Part shown: in pieces, positions 37,236-50,286 of the stretch
How positions within the stretch are numbered: the first letter of the stretch is position 1
Layout of the letters: every line of letters starts with the position of its first letter
From: Iphione sp. A-MEVVRFRX5
Lineage: Eukaryota
Assembly (NCBI GenBank): GCA_976226885.1
Contig: OZ320318.1
Location: 64,542,001 to 64,606,000, forward strand
Direction: 5' to 3'
Length of the DNA: 64,000 bases
The notes under the pieces: generated by a model
What the model was told of the DNA's origin: nothing
Database searches by the model: none
Seen by the model: the letters and a program-made list of their open reading frames with translations, nothing else
Translations under genes and position numbers: made by a program

Positions 37236-40200
37236 GTAAGTGTCGAAATATTAGCGGATGCAATTTATATTCGTAATGAAATTATCACTGAATAATGCCA
37301 GCGGCAGTGGCCATAGGCGTTCATGAGCTACGCATTGCCACATATCGCGGAGCCATGCGTATGTCTATGCTGGGACCATTCACGCTGACGGCACAAAGTT
37401 ATCAATATGGCTGCTGGCCATTTTGGCCATGGCACAAGGGGCCGTAACTAGATTTCAGCCGACTGTCCACAGACACAAAGGCGATCCGGGATCAATTTGA
37501 GGGCAGGCTTTAATGTGATTTCTGCGCCACAAACCCATGAATATTTCATCTGATACAAGCGAGGTAATGATCCTGGCGTTCAGGGAGGCCCCGCCGGGGC
37601 TCGGTGTTAGGAAACTGTAGTCCCGGTCAGGGACCGGCAGGTACCCCTCTGGCCCAGGAGTAATCCCATTCCAGGCGCTCTCCAGTGTCTGGGAGTAGGA
37701 AAGTGAGTCCCCTACCGGGAGACGGTTTGTTGTATGCCATCGAGGTAGATTCCTTCAGGGGAGGCAGGTTACTGGCCCAGGCCGTGTAATATAAGGAAGC
37801 CACTGGGAGAAGCCACACTTGAAGCCATACAGCCCGGCAGTCATTGTTTGCCACTGCTCGAGGCTCCAATGGTCTAGGGACTCCAGCTCTCATTTCTCGC
37901 TAAATCGACCTACTCTATTCTTTGCACTGGTCGTACTGTTCCCCTACCAATAGGAAGTATTAGGACATTTTACAAACACTGTCACTCACCACGATACATT
38001 GTAAACCAATTTGACAGAAATTGTCGTTACTTTTTATTTTTTTGTGTGTGTGACAAAAGGAGGTGAGTGGCAGACTCAGGGTCGTAAACAACGAGACCTG
38101 AATCAGTGACCTATCCCAAGCCCTGTGTCATACATGCCGTGGTTTTCAAAATGACATTCCTTGGCTGACTCTTTAGTCGTGTCCTCATTGCCTTTTTATG
38201 TCTATTTAAAGTTGTTTCTGACTATTGACACATGTCAGAATGGAGAAGCTGCCAAAAATTCTTAAAGGCTTAATGGCGGATCTGCCCCCCATTAAAAAAA
38301 TCATCAAGTGTTTCTTTTTGAAAAGGGACTAGATCGAATCGCTTTCCCAAGAGCAGTCTGTTCTCAAGATGATGCTCGTACACCAAATTATTGAAGAGAC
38401 GAGGCAAATGTTAAAACAAGTAAAGCGAAAAAAGAGAACTCGAGGAGAGCGATAGGAAAAGAAAAACGATAGCGTAAAGAAAGTGACACATCAGCCACAA
38501 ACAATACCACTTCTGCGCACTGAGGACAGGATCCTATTGACAGAGGCCTACGCTGTTTGTGTGGGCCCAGTGTTGATGCCTGTTTTACTGCCCTTTACCG
38601 CCCCCAAGCCGGTCCGTCAAACACTCAGTCTTCTGCACTAAGCCCCCGCTAGAGGCCACCACTTGGGTGGCGAAAGCAGCGCGCCCCTGGGTCTGTGTAT
38701 ACACTCTGTCTTTGTTTTTTGTACCTTGACGAGAGCTCGCATCCCCACCTCCCGTGGCTATTTCCCATATCACTTATAACCGAAAACGTTTTGATTACAC
38801 AGCCGCGGAAAAAAAAGAAGTCAAGCAAACATGCTTCTTTCCTTGGTTACTGTGTGTGCACGAGAATAACTGAGGGCCCGAAGATATGGACGGTTAGACA
38901 TGTATATATACAGAGTCTATTGCAACTATTTATTTACCGTTTCCGCGGCGGAATGGGTAATATGGCTCCCTGGAGTTATTCAGGGGAGGGAGGCTTTGTG
39001 TGCTCCAAGTGGCCGGAACCAAGCTCCCAACGGCCGACCGCCTTCAAGGCCGGCATGATTGTAATAGCTGCAGGCAGGCGAAACACTTGCGGCCTGACCC
39101 TCGATCTCCATTTTTGATGAGACACACCAGGCCTGTGACGAAGAATATGAACAGGTCACACGATGCAATAGGCTTGTGGTTAGGATCCTATATGACATCA
39201 TGGTTATGAATGTCGTATCGTTTTTTTTATAGGGGGGGGGGAGCATTTCTTTTGGTTGTTGTGGTTGTTCGTCGCAGGCATCGCGTCGTTGCGCCGACGA
39301 GGAGTTTATGAATGTCGGGGATGAAAAATAAATATGGTGGGTTGGGTTTCAAGTACTGTGAGGTACAGTTGTCTGCTGCCATGAGAGCTGTGGCACCAGA
39401 GGAGCTTCAAAACGGATGCCCCCTGCTGCTCGTGTGCCCTGGTAGACCCGGCTGTGTATAATAACCATGGCTAACCCGTACACACATTCACCTGACCCTA
39501 TATGCAGCCGGGGCTATGATTATACCTTACACTGATCGGTATGCCCCTCGTAAATCACCAGAAGGGAGCATGCGGAGCTAGTTTAGCCTTATTATCCCCT
39601 AGAGGTTCTTTCTGATCCCCATCCCCAACACCAAACCGTCCCTCTTCGTGTGATTGATAAGAGATAAGGTATATGAGCCCAATACTGCTCCCGCTGGCCC
39701 TTGCTCACCATCACCCAGCAGGCATGTAGAGCTGACGCCCCCGTTTCAACCTTCACCCGTGTTGACGTGGGACTACCAATGCCGTGGTGTCATGTCGCGA
39801 CATGACTCGGCAGCAGATTAGTCCTGGGTAAGGACATCGCTTCAGTTCAAAGGTTAGGTGTGAAGGTCCTTTCTCTGAAAAGCTAAGGCTGGGTTGGAAT
39901 AATGCAGTTAGCTGCCCACCAGGTGGAAGGAGTAAACGTACGCGATCGTCCTGTGGCCGTGTATATCCGTAAGAAAATGCCTAATGCTTGGACGTACCGG
40001 AAGGCGCTTCAGTGTACACCCAGAGACATCCAGCAGCGCCCCATGTGGTCGTAGACGGTATTAGATTGCTGCGCCGAGCCAGGAGACTACGTGCTTTCTG
40101 CTCGTGAACATAATCCTGAACGAGATCGGGCGACGACAACTACGGGGGTCTCTCTGGGGGCAACATTTGTTTGTTAGCCTTCTTTTTACCCCTGCCTATG

Positions 40201-40534
40201 AAAACAATTTAGCATAGTGATATTTTATGGGGAATAATGTGCATCCCTGTTGGTTTTATAGGCCTAGCTGGAGGTTGGATTAGAATCCACCCCAGACGAG
40301 GCAACAATTTTGTTTCACCATAGAATAATGGGTGATTTATCTATGCATATATAATGCCTTCCTTACATTCTGAACCAAAGCGTTCTTGCTTGCTCTGTTC
40401 TTTTTTTAGTCGCAGCAGCGGTCCAACATAGCCCTGGGTAATGGTCGATGTACAGATATCTTCAGTTCCCATAGAGGACCCTTTCATAAAAAAAGACTGT
40501 TACCTTAACACATGCAGTGTTTCCTTCTATGCAG

Positions 40535-40585
40535 GTGTTGGGAGATCGTTTTGAGAAAGCTTTACTGTGTGTACCTCACGGTGAG
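40535..40585 (+). other. Candidate 51-nt exon
   Basis: Acceptor gtttccttctatgcAG and donor GAG|GTATGC (alternative ACG|GTGAGG at 40581). Phase 0 reads VLGDRFEKALLCVPHGE. A competing upstream AG lies at 40516-40517. Confidence 0.2.
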
Positions 40586-41539
40586 GTATGCGTTCTATGA
40601 AGTCATGATCTGCCAGGAGCCTGTTAACATTGCGTGCACGGCCTGATGTAATTTAAATCGTAGTAGGGCTGGTACATCAACGCCAAACTCGCCGTTAATG
40701 AGTTGGCAAGCTACTGCTGTCAACAGGTGTTGGTTGTTAAAAAAGATGGATTGCACGACTGTCCCCGTGATCTGTAGATAGATGGCTGCCAATACGTCAA
40801 AGAATAGGGTGTACAGAGGGGATGTGGTACAAATAGATTACTGCAGCGTTATATATTCATATATTCATTTCGCTACGCCGTGATGAACGTCGATGTAGCC
40901 GGCTTCATGAAATCTTTGATGTCCGAATCATTTCACGTAATTTCAGAAATGATGGCGTTGAGAGACACGCCAAAATGATCTAAAATCTTCTCAAATTGTC
41001 ATTATCTGCACTAGCTTACTAGGCCCGAACGCCTATTTGCATGGTTGGAGTTTCCGGAACCCCGTTTTCTCCCTGTAACATGTCTGTCTTCCTTGGCTAT
41101 GACTCACCTGTCAGGCGTTGTCTTACTTAACCCAACGAGAGAAGGTACACAGCACTAGTCAGCAACATTCTAGAGACATTAACACAAGATGGAGGATGTA
41201 AACAGCGGCAAAGTAACGAGTACCAGTATTTAAAGCACGGAGTGAACAAGTGGTCCATTTTACCTCTGCATAGCAACAGGAGTAGTGGGCCTGAGGCCAA
41301 ACAGAGAAAAAGGAGGGGAAACGTCCCACCTGTCTTCTGGGAGGAAGAACAAAAATCGTCGTTTGAAATAACTTCATTGGGAAAAAAACGAAATGTCACG
41401 TACACTGTGGAATATAGCAATGCTTTATGATACCTTGTAATCCGAAAGCCGTCCTGTACATAAAAACATCAAGTGAATAGGCTGAGGGCCCTGCATTCCT
41501 CCAGCTTTCAAGATGTTAAGTGTTACAGATCCAGTATTT

Positions 41540-41563
41540 TCCTCCTCCTCCTCCTCCTCCTCC
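41540..41563. repeat. (TCC)8 microsatellite
   Basis: Perfect run seen directly. Confidence 0.9.
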
Positions 41564-43240
41564 TCTTGAAAAAAGTTTTTGGTGGTTGAGCATATGGTAG
41601 CTAGCATGGCGTCAGGCATGTGGTTTGTGGCCTGCCTCCAAGGCATTTGTGTGCTTGTTTGCCGGGCCGCTAATCTGTGGGACGGCATCCACAGATTACC
41701 AGCACCTGGAGAGGGATAACCCTGCTCATCCAGGAAGCCATCATCGCGCTACTTCATCCTCCTCGGTCGTACCTTTTCCACCCTTTAAAATGCCGATCTA
41801 GTCAGCTTCCTACCTGACCCCATGTCCTCCCACATTTCCCTTCCCCCTATACCACCTAGCGTAATGATAACCAGAAAGGTATATGTTGTATACCTGGGTC
41901 CAATCAGGAATAGGTATAGCTGCCAGAAGTTGTGCCAGTCATGACGTATGCTGCGTGGCTGCATAGGTGAAGCGCAAAATTGTGGCACGTATTAGATATG
42001 TTCTGGACACTGGCCAATTCCTCAGCTCACGTGTAAATATGTCCATTTGTAACTGGCCGCATATATTAACAGAAGCGTTCCAAAATTCGGCCATGAATGC
42101 GGCAAAAGCGCCTTACTAAATCAGACGTATTGTCTGGGGACGGGCCTGGCCTGATGGAATGTTGCGCGATCCGTCTTGCCAGTGAGCCATATCAGCAATT
42201 TTGTCTCAGTCGCTATGCTATCCAAGACCTTCGCCTTTTTCTGTTACCCTGCTCGGGGAATCCGATATTGGTTCGGGCTCGAGCTTATTTGTGAGAAGAA
42301 AATAACGAGCCCGAGTTGTTTAAGTATTCATGCTTGGCCGTTAAGTTCTTATAGTCGGCGGAGTGTGCCCAGGAGCTTTTTGAACTCGGCAATAACGATG
42401 TGAGCAATAGCTCATTTTATTAAGCTCGAAAAAGGAGATCCCATTAGGGAAGGGGCCCTGAAGAGTAATCGGGCATTCAGAAGGGGAAAAAACAGTCCAC
42501 ACAGGTGTCCTGTATCCTATTTAAGGCGCCATCACTCAGAAACGATGGTGTTGCCTCCTTCTATTGACCTTAACATAGACACTAAACTGAGCTTCAGTGT
42601 AAACGGTGGGAGATCGTTGGAGTGTATGTGTTGGGTGGGTGGGGGGTGGGGGTAGATTGAGGGGGGGGGGGCATGAGTGAATGGAGGAAGAGAAGGCCCG
42701 TCATAACTCATCAGGATCTCACCGCAGGGCGCCACTGGCTGCTGTGCTGGTCGCAGGTCGAGGCTGCCAACCCAGACGCCCGAAATCATCTTTTCTCGTC
42801 GCCACCAGCGACGGATTTCCTGTCGCGCGACTTGGGATGTTTCCGCTGTCTTGCGGCGTATCCGCAATCCGCGGGCAGGCGCACACACAGAGGAAGGCAC
42901 CTCCACCTCCAGTCAGTTTTCTCTTGACTTGCAGGTACCTGCTTATATGCACGGGGCATGTAGATTACATGACCGTGTGCAGGAGGACACAACGGCCAGA
43001 TGTACATGTACATTAATGTTCACCAACACACATAAGGACCCTCCTGTCCTATTTAATACATGCCATCATGCGACCCTATAATGTAATAATATCCTCACTG
43101 AAGTATTCAGGCATATATCATTCTTTGCAGCGCAATAGGCAGCTGAAATAACGTCATTGGTTATACATAGGTATAATCGTGCCGACTTCCCCCTTTTAGA
43201 TCATTGACTATAGTCGTCTTACGAGAGAATTTGGCTAATG

Positions 43241-43313
43241 TGACGTCAAGACGTCATTAGAGACAGCGATGTGTTTGGTTGGAGATATTTTTCCGGCCGT
43301 ACCTGCCGGAAGC
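43241..43313. promoter_or_regulatory. Tandem CRE-like motifs plus ETS-like motifs
   Basis: TGACGTCA (43241-43248), AGACGTCA (43249-43256), TTTCCGG (43290-43296) and CCGGAAGC (43306-43313). Confidence 0.25.
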
Positions 43314-45289
43314 TGTGAATTAACCCTTTATGATCGAATCCGCCCCCATATCGCCTTGCGGTGCTGCCAAGTCGAGTTTAGAGGGGGTTAACTGCTGCGA
43401 GGCAGCCTGGTGGCTCCCCTGTTGAGCATGTCAGGCCACAGCTGTGCCCGCCTAATGAGCTTACAATAACTGTAGGGGGCGGCGTCGCTAACAAATGGGC
43501 CAAGACGCCGGTGTAAATTGGAAGCTGATGTGAGGTGTGCTCCTGGGCTGGCCGGGCCCCAGGCGGCCCACTGGTAAAGAGGCCAGCACACGCCGTTAAC
43601 CACCCGTAAAGCGGGAATCGGCGGTCTCAGTCTGTACAACCCACCATCTCAGCTCGCACCTTCCCCTACCCCTACCTGCCTCCAGTGTCAGGTACATTTT
43701 CTCGATTCTTGTTCCCAGCATTCCTAACGCACCACTCGGTTACTGTGATGTATGGAAAAGCTGCGCCGGGTGGGGGCCTCAAGGTGTCGGTGGAGAAGCT
43801 GCCGTTGACATAGGAATGGCCGTGTTGGAGTTTGAAAAGAGCCTTCTGGACGTTATTACAACCGCGGCTTGCTCTGGGTAGAGAGAAGGTTAGCTCTGAG
43901 TGTCAATCTTGTAAAAGGTCTGAGGTAGTTGCTGCGTAGATTTTTTCCCTCTCATGTGCCGAGCGTCCTGAACAGCTTTAGAAGCCTGAAGACTAAAGAA
44001 GCAGAAACCGCCACTTGTGCGGCATACCAAAGAGCTGACGAACTCCTGGGGTCACTGCCCCCGACAACCCCATCATCCCTTACCTTCCGAAGAGGCATAC
44101 TTTTTGCGACTTGCCTGTTGGTCTTTCTGTGTTCTGTGCAGGTATACATGTGTATTTTTTCCACTCATAAACGTAGTCCTCCCTTTGAACCATACTAAAA
44201 ACCTCTTTTTTGTATGGCATATATGCATAAGTATCTTTGAGAGAGCAAATGTCCTGAAGCACATGTAAGGAGACATGAAAAGGGACCAGGAGTGGTTATT
44301 CTAGACGTGTGTGTGTTTTGGGCACACGAAAAGCGGATCGGAGCTGGGACAGGAGCCCCCGATTCCCTCCTCCCCGGAACCCCCTAAACATCTGTCTGTC
44401 TCGGTTTGCGTCGCGCCCCGGTGAGGATGGCTATTTGATGCTGTCAACACGGTGGGAACCCGACGACAGACAGCGCCTATTTGGTCAGTACCGATAGCCT
44501 TAATATAGAGGCAGCTGTGGGGCGTAGTAAGCCATAGAGGGAGAGAGGCTTCAGTTAGGTAGTTGAGAAGGAAATGGAAGGCGGGGGTGGCGTTGGTTGC
44601 TGGTTGTGGGGTTACACACAGTACACATAGGCATACATCCGCGCACACATACGCACGCGTGCGCGCACAAGCACTCACACTCACAGATGCAGGGCCCCTG
44701 AAAGGATAGGCAGACGGGATGTCGTCGTTTGAGTTCGACCGACTAGTGGCGACTTCATCCTCGAGGGAGTATCTGGGTTGCATGTCGGTCTTTTGATGTA
44801 TCGCCGCAGGCTGCGTTTTAAATTGGAATTTATCCCCCTGAGACGGCTCCACTGGGTAGGGTTATCTTGGCCGAACAAGCTTGAAGACACCCAGGAGGTT
44901 TGGTCCCGAGTAGAAAGAAGAGGAACGCGGTCAGACTGACAGACACTGGGGGAGACGTGGGGTGAAATCGGCCCCGCTCGGAGAGATAGAAAGCAAAAGG
45001 CTGCAAAAGGGCCTATTGACAGGCTCATAAACACGTCGAGACAGGCTGCTCTACTCAGCTTTGTGCACTGTTTCCAGCTAAGAATAATTTTTTCCTACAT
45101 TCGCCACTGCCTTAGGCACACCACTAACCATGTATTTTCCCCATGGGGAACAGCCCATTGGATTGAAAGCGACCATGACCTATTTGACAGCAAAACGCTG
45201 CATAATGTTCACCTGGGCCACTGCACAAGCTCCTCACGCCCAGTAATCTAGTGGCGCCCCCTTTAGCCAGAAACTTGCGTGAGTTCCTA

Positions 45290-46000
45290 TCATAAACGCA
45301 GCGGGACAGCGAGCAAGGCCGCTACTGACACTGCTATCGGCAACAAACCGGGCAGTGTAGGAGGGGCGAGCAGCAGAAGCAAAAGTAGCATCTGCTACCG
45401 CAGAAGGAGGAGTGGCGGTGGTGGCGGCATAAGCAGAAGCAATAGCAGCAGCAGCAGCAGCAGCAGCACGGTGGCAGCAGACACACAGACAGACGGCCCG
45501 GGCGCGTGAACAGAATGGCGGCCTCAGGGGCGTTCTAGTCTACACCTCGCCTAAACCCGTCGCCGTCCCAGCTCAACCGAACCTGCGAGGACACCCCTGA
45601 TGCTTTTGCCTGATCGAAGGCTTTCACCGCTAAGAGGGGAAGTTGCTGTTGTTTGTGAGAGACGAGCTGGAGGAGGAGAAGAAGGAGGAGGTGGTGAGAG
45701 GGGTGTGTTTCCTCACACCAGCCGCTCCGTCTGCACCGCAGGCTGGCTGAGAGAGTCGGCCTGGCCCAGCCCGGAGCAGCCAGGAGGAGGAGGAGGAGCG
45801 GGCGGCGGCATCGGCGGCTGCCATGGCTGAGGCCAACTCGGTAGCCGACACAACTATAACAGTCTGGCTTGGTAACCGTAGCAGCAGCCAGGACGCCCAT
45901 CCTAGTATTGTCGGCGCCAGGCACCGGTGCATTGCGGCTCCAGCTGCAGCAGCAGCAGTCGAGGTAGTAAAGCTACCCTGAGCCCCATTGAACGAGCGAT
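45290..46000. repeat. GC-rich trinucleotide low-complexity block (AGC/GGA/GGC), including (AGC)8 at 45444-45467
   Basis: Several short AGC, GGA and GGC runs. The overlapping ORFs on both strands are all low-complexity and interrupted. Confidence 0.7.
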
Positions 46001-49000
46001 AATAGAAACCCTTGACGCTGCTAGTTGCTCTGGGTGGAGAACTCCAACCTTTTCGTGTGCCCGCTCCCAGTTAGGTACCAGCAAGCCGGCCCATCCAGCC
46101 AGCGCCCAGGTCGTGACTGGCAGTTCCAACGTCGTTAGTATCGCAGGTGCCATATGATCAGTCTCCATGACAACTGGGTCGGCCACCGCGGTCAATGCTT
46201 TCATCGCCTCGGTCGCCATCGTCGCTATGGGCGAGACTTTGGACTGATGTGGCATCAGACACGGGAATGAGCCCCCGTCGCAGGGCGTTTCGCCTAAATT
46301 GGCACGGCACCCCGGGAGTAGAGCTTCACGTTTCACTCGTCCGCCCCCCACGTCCGGGCTTGTTCGGCTAGCTGCGACAGTGTATCGTGTTTTTTCGAGA
46401 GCACGTGTATACCTGAGGAGTGGACAGTAACCCGCGAGCACACTCGTTCATCCCTCGCCGAGACATGACCTCGTACATTTGTAGATCTGTCGGAGCATTC
46501 CTGTCAGACTAGATGGGAATACATGCATATAAATAGAAGAGCAAGGCGTCCCCCTGCTGTTTTGTCTGCGAATTGGAGTAAATGCTTGGAAGCCTTTAAC
46601 GGATGTCGTAGTGTGTGGATCTACTGGATAAGGTGCAACAACTACCCCGTGCAATAGCTGACAGGGGTGAGTTGACCAGACAGCTTCCTACTTGATATAT
46701 GCATCCGTACACCGTTATCAGGTCATTACAGAAACGTACTCGACTGATCGATATGCTTTCTTGTTTGCACATCTGCCATCTTAACCACTTCGGCCGCAGT
46801 GCGTGATTTTATCGCTTTTCAAGCGCAATTTGTACCAAGTGGTTTTTCCCCGTTTTTGAACCAGTGCCAATCTTTTCCTCTAATTAAGTGACTGCTATGC
46901 CAACTAGATGATCATTCCTGCAGTGATAACGTGTTTTGTTTACATAATTACATGGGTGTATCAACACAAATGGATGGGTATGGATTTCTCTAAAAGCACT
47001 GTTCCACGGAACGATGCTATACTGTTTTCATTTGACGAAATTGCAACACGCACACAGTTATATATGTAGAGAGAGAGTTTGTCATCCTTCTCCCTCCTAT
47101 TACCCACCCCCATCCCTCACTTACTCCCCTTCCTACGCTCACTTCCTCTCCCCCCCCCCACACACACACACCCTCCCGTATTCACTCATTGCTAGTTCAT
47201 ACAATGACGTAGTTGATAGGCGGAGCTCGACACGGTCCTCTCAACCTTGAACATGCGGTCAAAAGCCAAGTAGTGACGCCGCTAGGTTGGCTTCTGTGCT
47301 CCCCTCACCAACCTGCTGCCCGTCCGCCTCTAAACCCAACGCTTGACTGCCCCCCGCTTCTGGGCAGCCCGCCCACAGAGGGCGTCCTTGTTCGGCGGCA
47401 GATGGTGACTGGATAGACGACCACACACATCTTGTGCCCTTTCACGTTAGCTCACCTGAAAACCATCCTCCCGCCCGCCTGAGCCCGCTGCTTTTGTAGT
47501 CAGTCCCGTACCACCATGGCAAACAAGTGAGAAAAGCTATTCAGTTTGTTCGGGTCGCTCTAAGCCCCCTCATTGCTGAAGCCTAGACCTCTCATTACCT
47601 CGTTTGCCTCGCCGTTCTGTCCTGGCTGCGGGCGCGATGGCTAAGTGCCAGCGATTCAGAGATGGTGTAAAACTTTGATACCTGAGGTTCGAATGGCCGG
47701 GCGTGAAGAGGTTGACGTGAGTGCAGCTATTTATACGAGGAGACAGTCAATGTTGTCCGCGTATAATGCAGTCAGGTGGTAAATAGTTTCGAGGTCAGTA
47801 AAAAAGACGAACATAAAAAGAAAAAGGGGAGTTGTACGTAATAACACTTGCACGTACATCTATATCTTTATATATATCTTTGTATATACATGTATTCATA
47901 TATGCACACGTATTCATGCATTTGCAAGACGTTCTAATTTTTTCCTTCCTCATTAACAAAAAAAATTGTGTTGGGAGAGGGCAACGATTCAATGAGCTGC
48001 AATATCCGTATTAACTTTTTTCTGCGCCATTTTTAAAACGTTGACTGGTAGCCTGTGAATAAAAATACACTTTTTAAAAGACGAAGAGAAGTAGTTTGTG
48101 TCATGTAAAGGGGATTTGTTGCAGTAGATCTTCACATGTTTCGTGAAAGAACCCCATGTTTTTTTTAAGGGCTTTGTATCCAAGTTGATAGTCCTCAACT
48201 TGATGGCTCGGTAGTATGACCTCTACCACCAGCTATGTCTTATCAGCGGCCAGATATACGATGCACGGTTGTCAACCATATCCACTCCTAGCAATCAATA
48301 GATAAGGCGAACCAGCCGGTTAACTGCCAAGTAAACACTTCCCACTAGACTGCTGAGCTACTCCCCATTATCGCCCGCTACCCCACCCAAGACAGACGGG
48401 CCCTTGGAGAAGCTCAGTTCGTTCTTTGCACAAGTGAAGGTTGGTAGCCTCTCAATCAGAAGCCACCAGCGTTGGCAGTTGCACCAGGACTGAAATTAGT
48501 ATCCCGAAGCCCGTCCCAAGGGCATAAACATTACGTATGAGTTAATACGTCTTGAACTCATCATCATTGATATCTTTGATGATGTTTCAGGTCATAGGGG
48601 TTAGACCACCCCGCATGGTCCTGTGTTATTTAACCGTATAATTAACTCTTCTACAAAGAAATGAAACGTGTCATCCATTTTAGAATGGGAGCGGGACCCA
48701 GCAGCTGATCAAATACTAGAGGATCCAACTCAAACATGTATTGTTAAGGATCACATATGCTTTGTGCTCAGCTGATATACACCATAACAATAGTCAAATA
48801 ACAGACACGGTCAAAGAATCGGCACGCTGTGACTACAAACTAATACGGAATGTACGGATTTCTTTAAGAAGCCGTCGCATAGAAGCCACAATGGGCCCTG
48901 TGGGCCAGCTTTCTGTCAAGGTTGGAATCGTTTTATTATGAATCCATGCTTATACATGTATCAGATAGCTACGTAAACCTCTATGTACGTGTAGACGATA

Positions 49001-50149
49001 ACACTCACGTATATTCCAGTACCTTTTTGCACTGAAATGATCCCCACATTAAGGCGAACCCATTAGTGGTATTGACTTGTGAAGGAATGGCCCTCGCCAT
49101 AAATGCCTGCCATATTCGCCCTAGCCAGGACGGGCATATCAAAATGAACGTTGGCATTGCCTACTGGGGTGCTGCAATCATTGCACTCATACGGCACCGG
49201 ATGTGACCACAGCTAGCGACAGGCGGTTTTGGAGCAGCGCCCTGTAGCGGTAGTGATAAGAGTTATCGAGAGGTCAACGTTGACTCAGTGAGACTTTTCA
49301 GGGGGTGGGGGAGGACCTGCCTCCGTTTGGCTCCCTCGGGAGAAACAGATGGTGGAGAGGGTGGAAGGACACATCACACACACTTGTCTGGATCAATTAC
49401 TCGATGCAACGGGAGATGTTGAGACGCTCGGGGAGCATAGCTGACATAGCCCGAGCCGGCCTCCTTCTGGCCAAGGGGGCAGACCCAGCGCTAATGCGAC
49501 GACATGATTAAAAACGGGGCGGCGAGCGCTCCCACCTCACCGACGGCGCCAGCCGAGGAGGGGACCGGAGGGCGCGTTTATCCGATCAACTGCGCGTGCT
49601 CGATGCTAATGAGGTCGGTCACATGACCCGGAACGACAACACTGGTGTCCCTGCGGTCAGTTTTGAGCTCCCCCTCTCATTGGTGAGGCGTATGATTGAT
49701 TCAGGCAAGATGGTGGCCAGGGTCCAAAAGGGCATGCGCGGTGAAGAAAACGACCTTCTATAAAAATGTCCCAAGCGACCTTGCTCTCTCGCAGCCCTGT
49801 GACTCCGACTAACGAAGATAGGAAAATGGTAGAGGGCTACAGGCTTTGCTCCCTCTCGGCGTTGCCTTTACCGACAGTCTCAGCAGACTGAAGGGAAAAT
49901 GAGTCAGTTGGAAGACGTACCAACGCTGGGCAACACTCTCTAAAGCCATGTTGTATTTATATAGTAATGCATGTCAACCTTAAGTCAGCCTCATCTTGGT
50001 TGAGGTATTGACCTACCTGTGGTTTGTATTGGCAGTGGGCAACGGCCAGGAATACTTTCAGATGGGCAGTTCTTGCCAAGTCGGCCGCTGTTTATTCCTG
50101 GCGACTTAACTGTGCTGCCAACGCAGTACGTTTCCTTACATAAGCGCTA

Positions 50150-50286
50150 ATTGCCATGGTGATCAGTAGTAAACGTGGCAACCTCCCATTAGCACCGGCG
50201 ACACCCTGTCTACCATGTAATGTATGCCGTGTTCTGGAAAGCGATGCACCTCAAGGAATGACATATAACACCGTTGCTATGGTTAC
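50150..50286. promoter_or_regulatory. Pair of X-box-like motifs
   Basis: ATTGCCATGGTGAT (50150-50163) and GTTGCTATGGTTAC (50273-50286). Confidence 0.3.

Noticed and set aside
39884-39895. TAA|GGCTGGGTT, matching the start of the E2/E3 TIR
   Set aside because: The match stops at 9 bp, no opposite terminus was found, and there is no internal homology.
40595-41000. Protein-looking minus-strand stretches (QFEKILDHFGVSLNAIISEIT; LYTLFFDVLAAIYLQITG...)
   Set aside because: Broken by stops and not assignable to any family I can recognise.
43320-43391. TTAA|CCC ... GGG|TTAA, 64 bp, piggyBac-like ends
   Set aside because: The inverted match is only 7 bp including the TTAA; too weak alone.
47631-47700. 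A-box-like TGGCTAAGTGC (47638) and B-box-like GGTTCGAATGG (47686)
   Set aside because: The B-box lacks the terminal CC and the T-arm cannot pair; not a tRNA.
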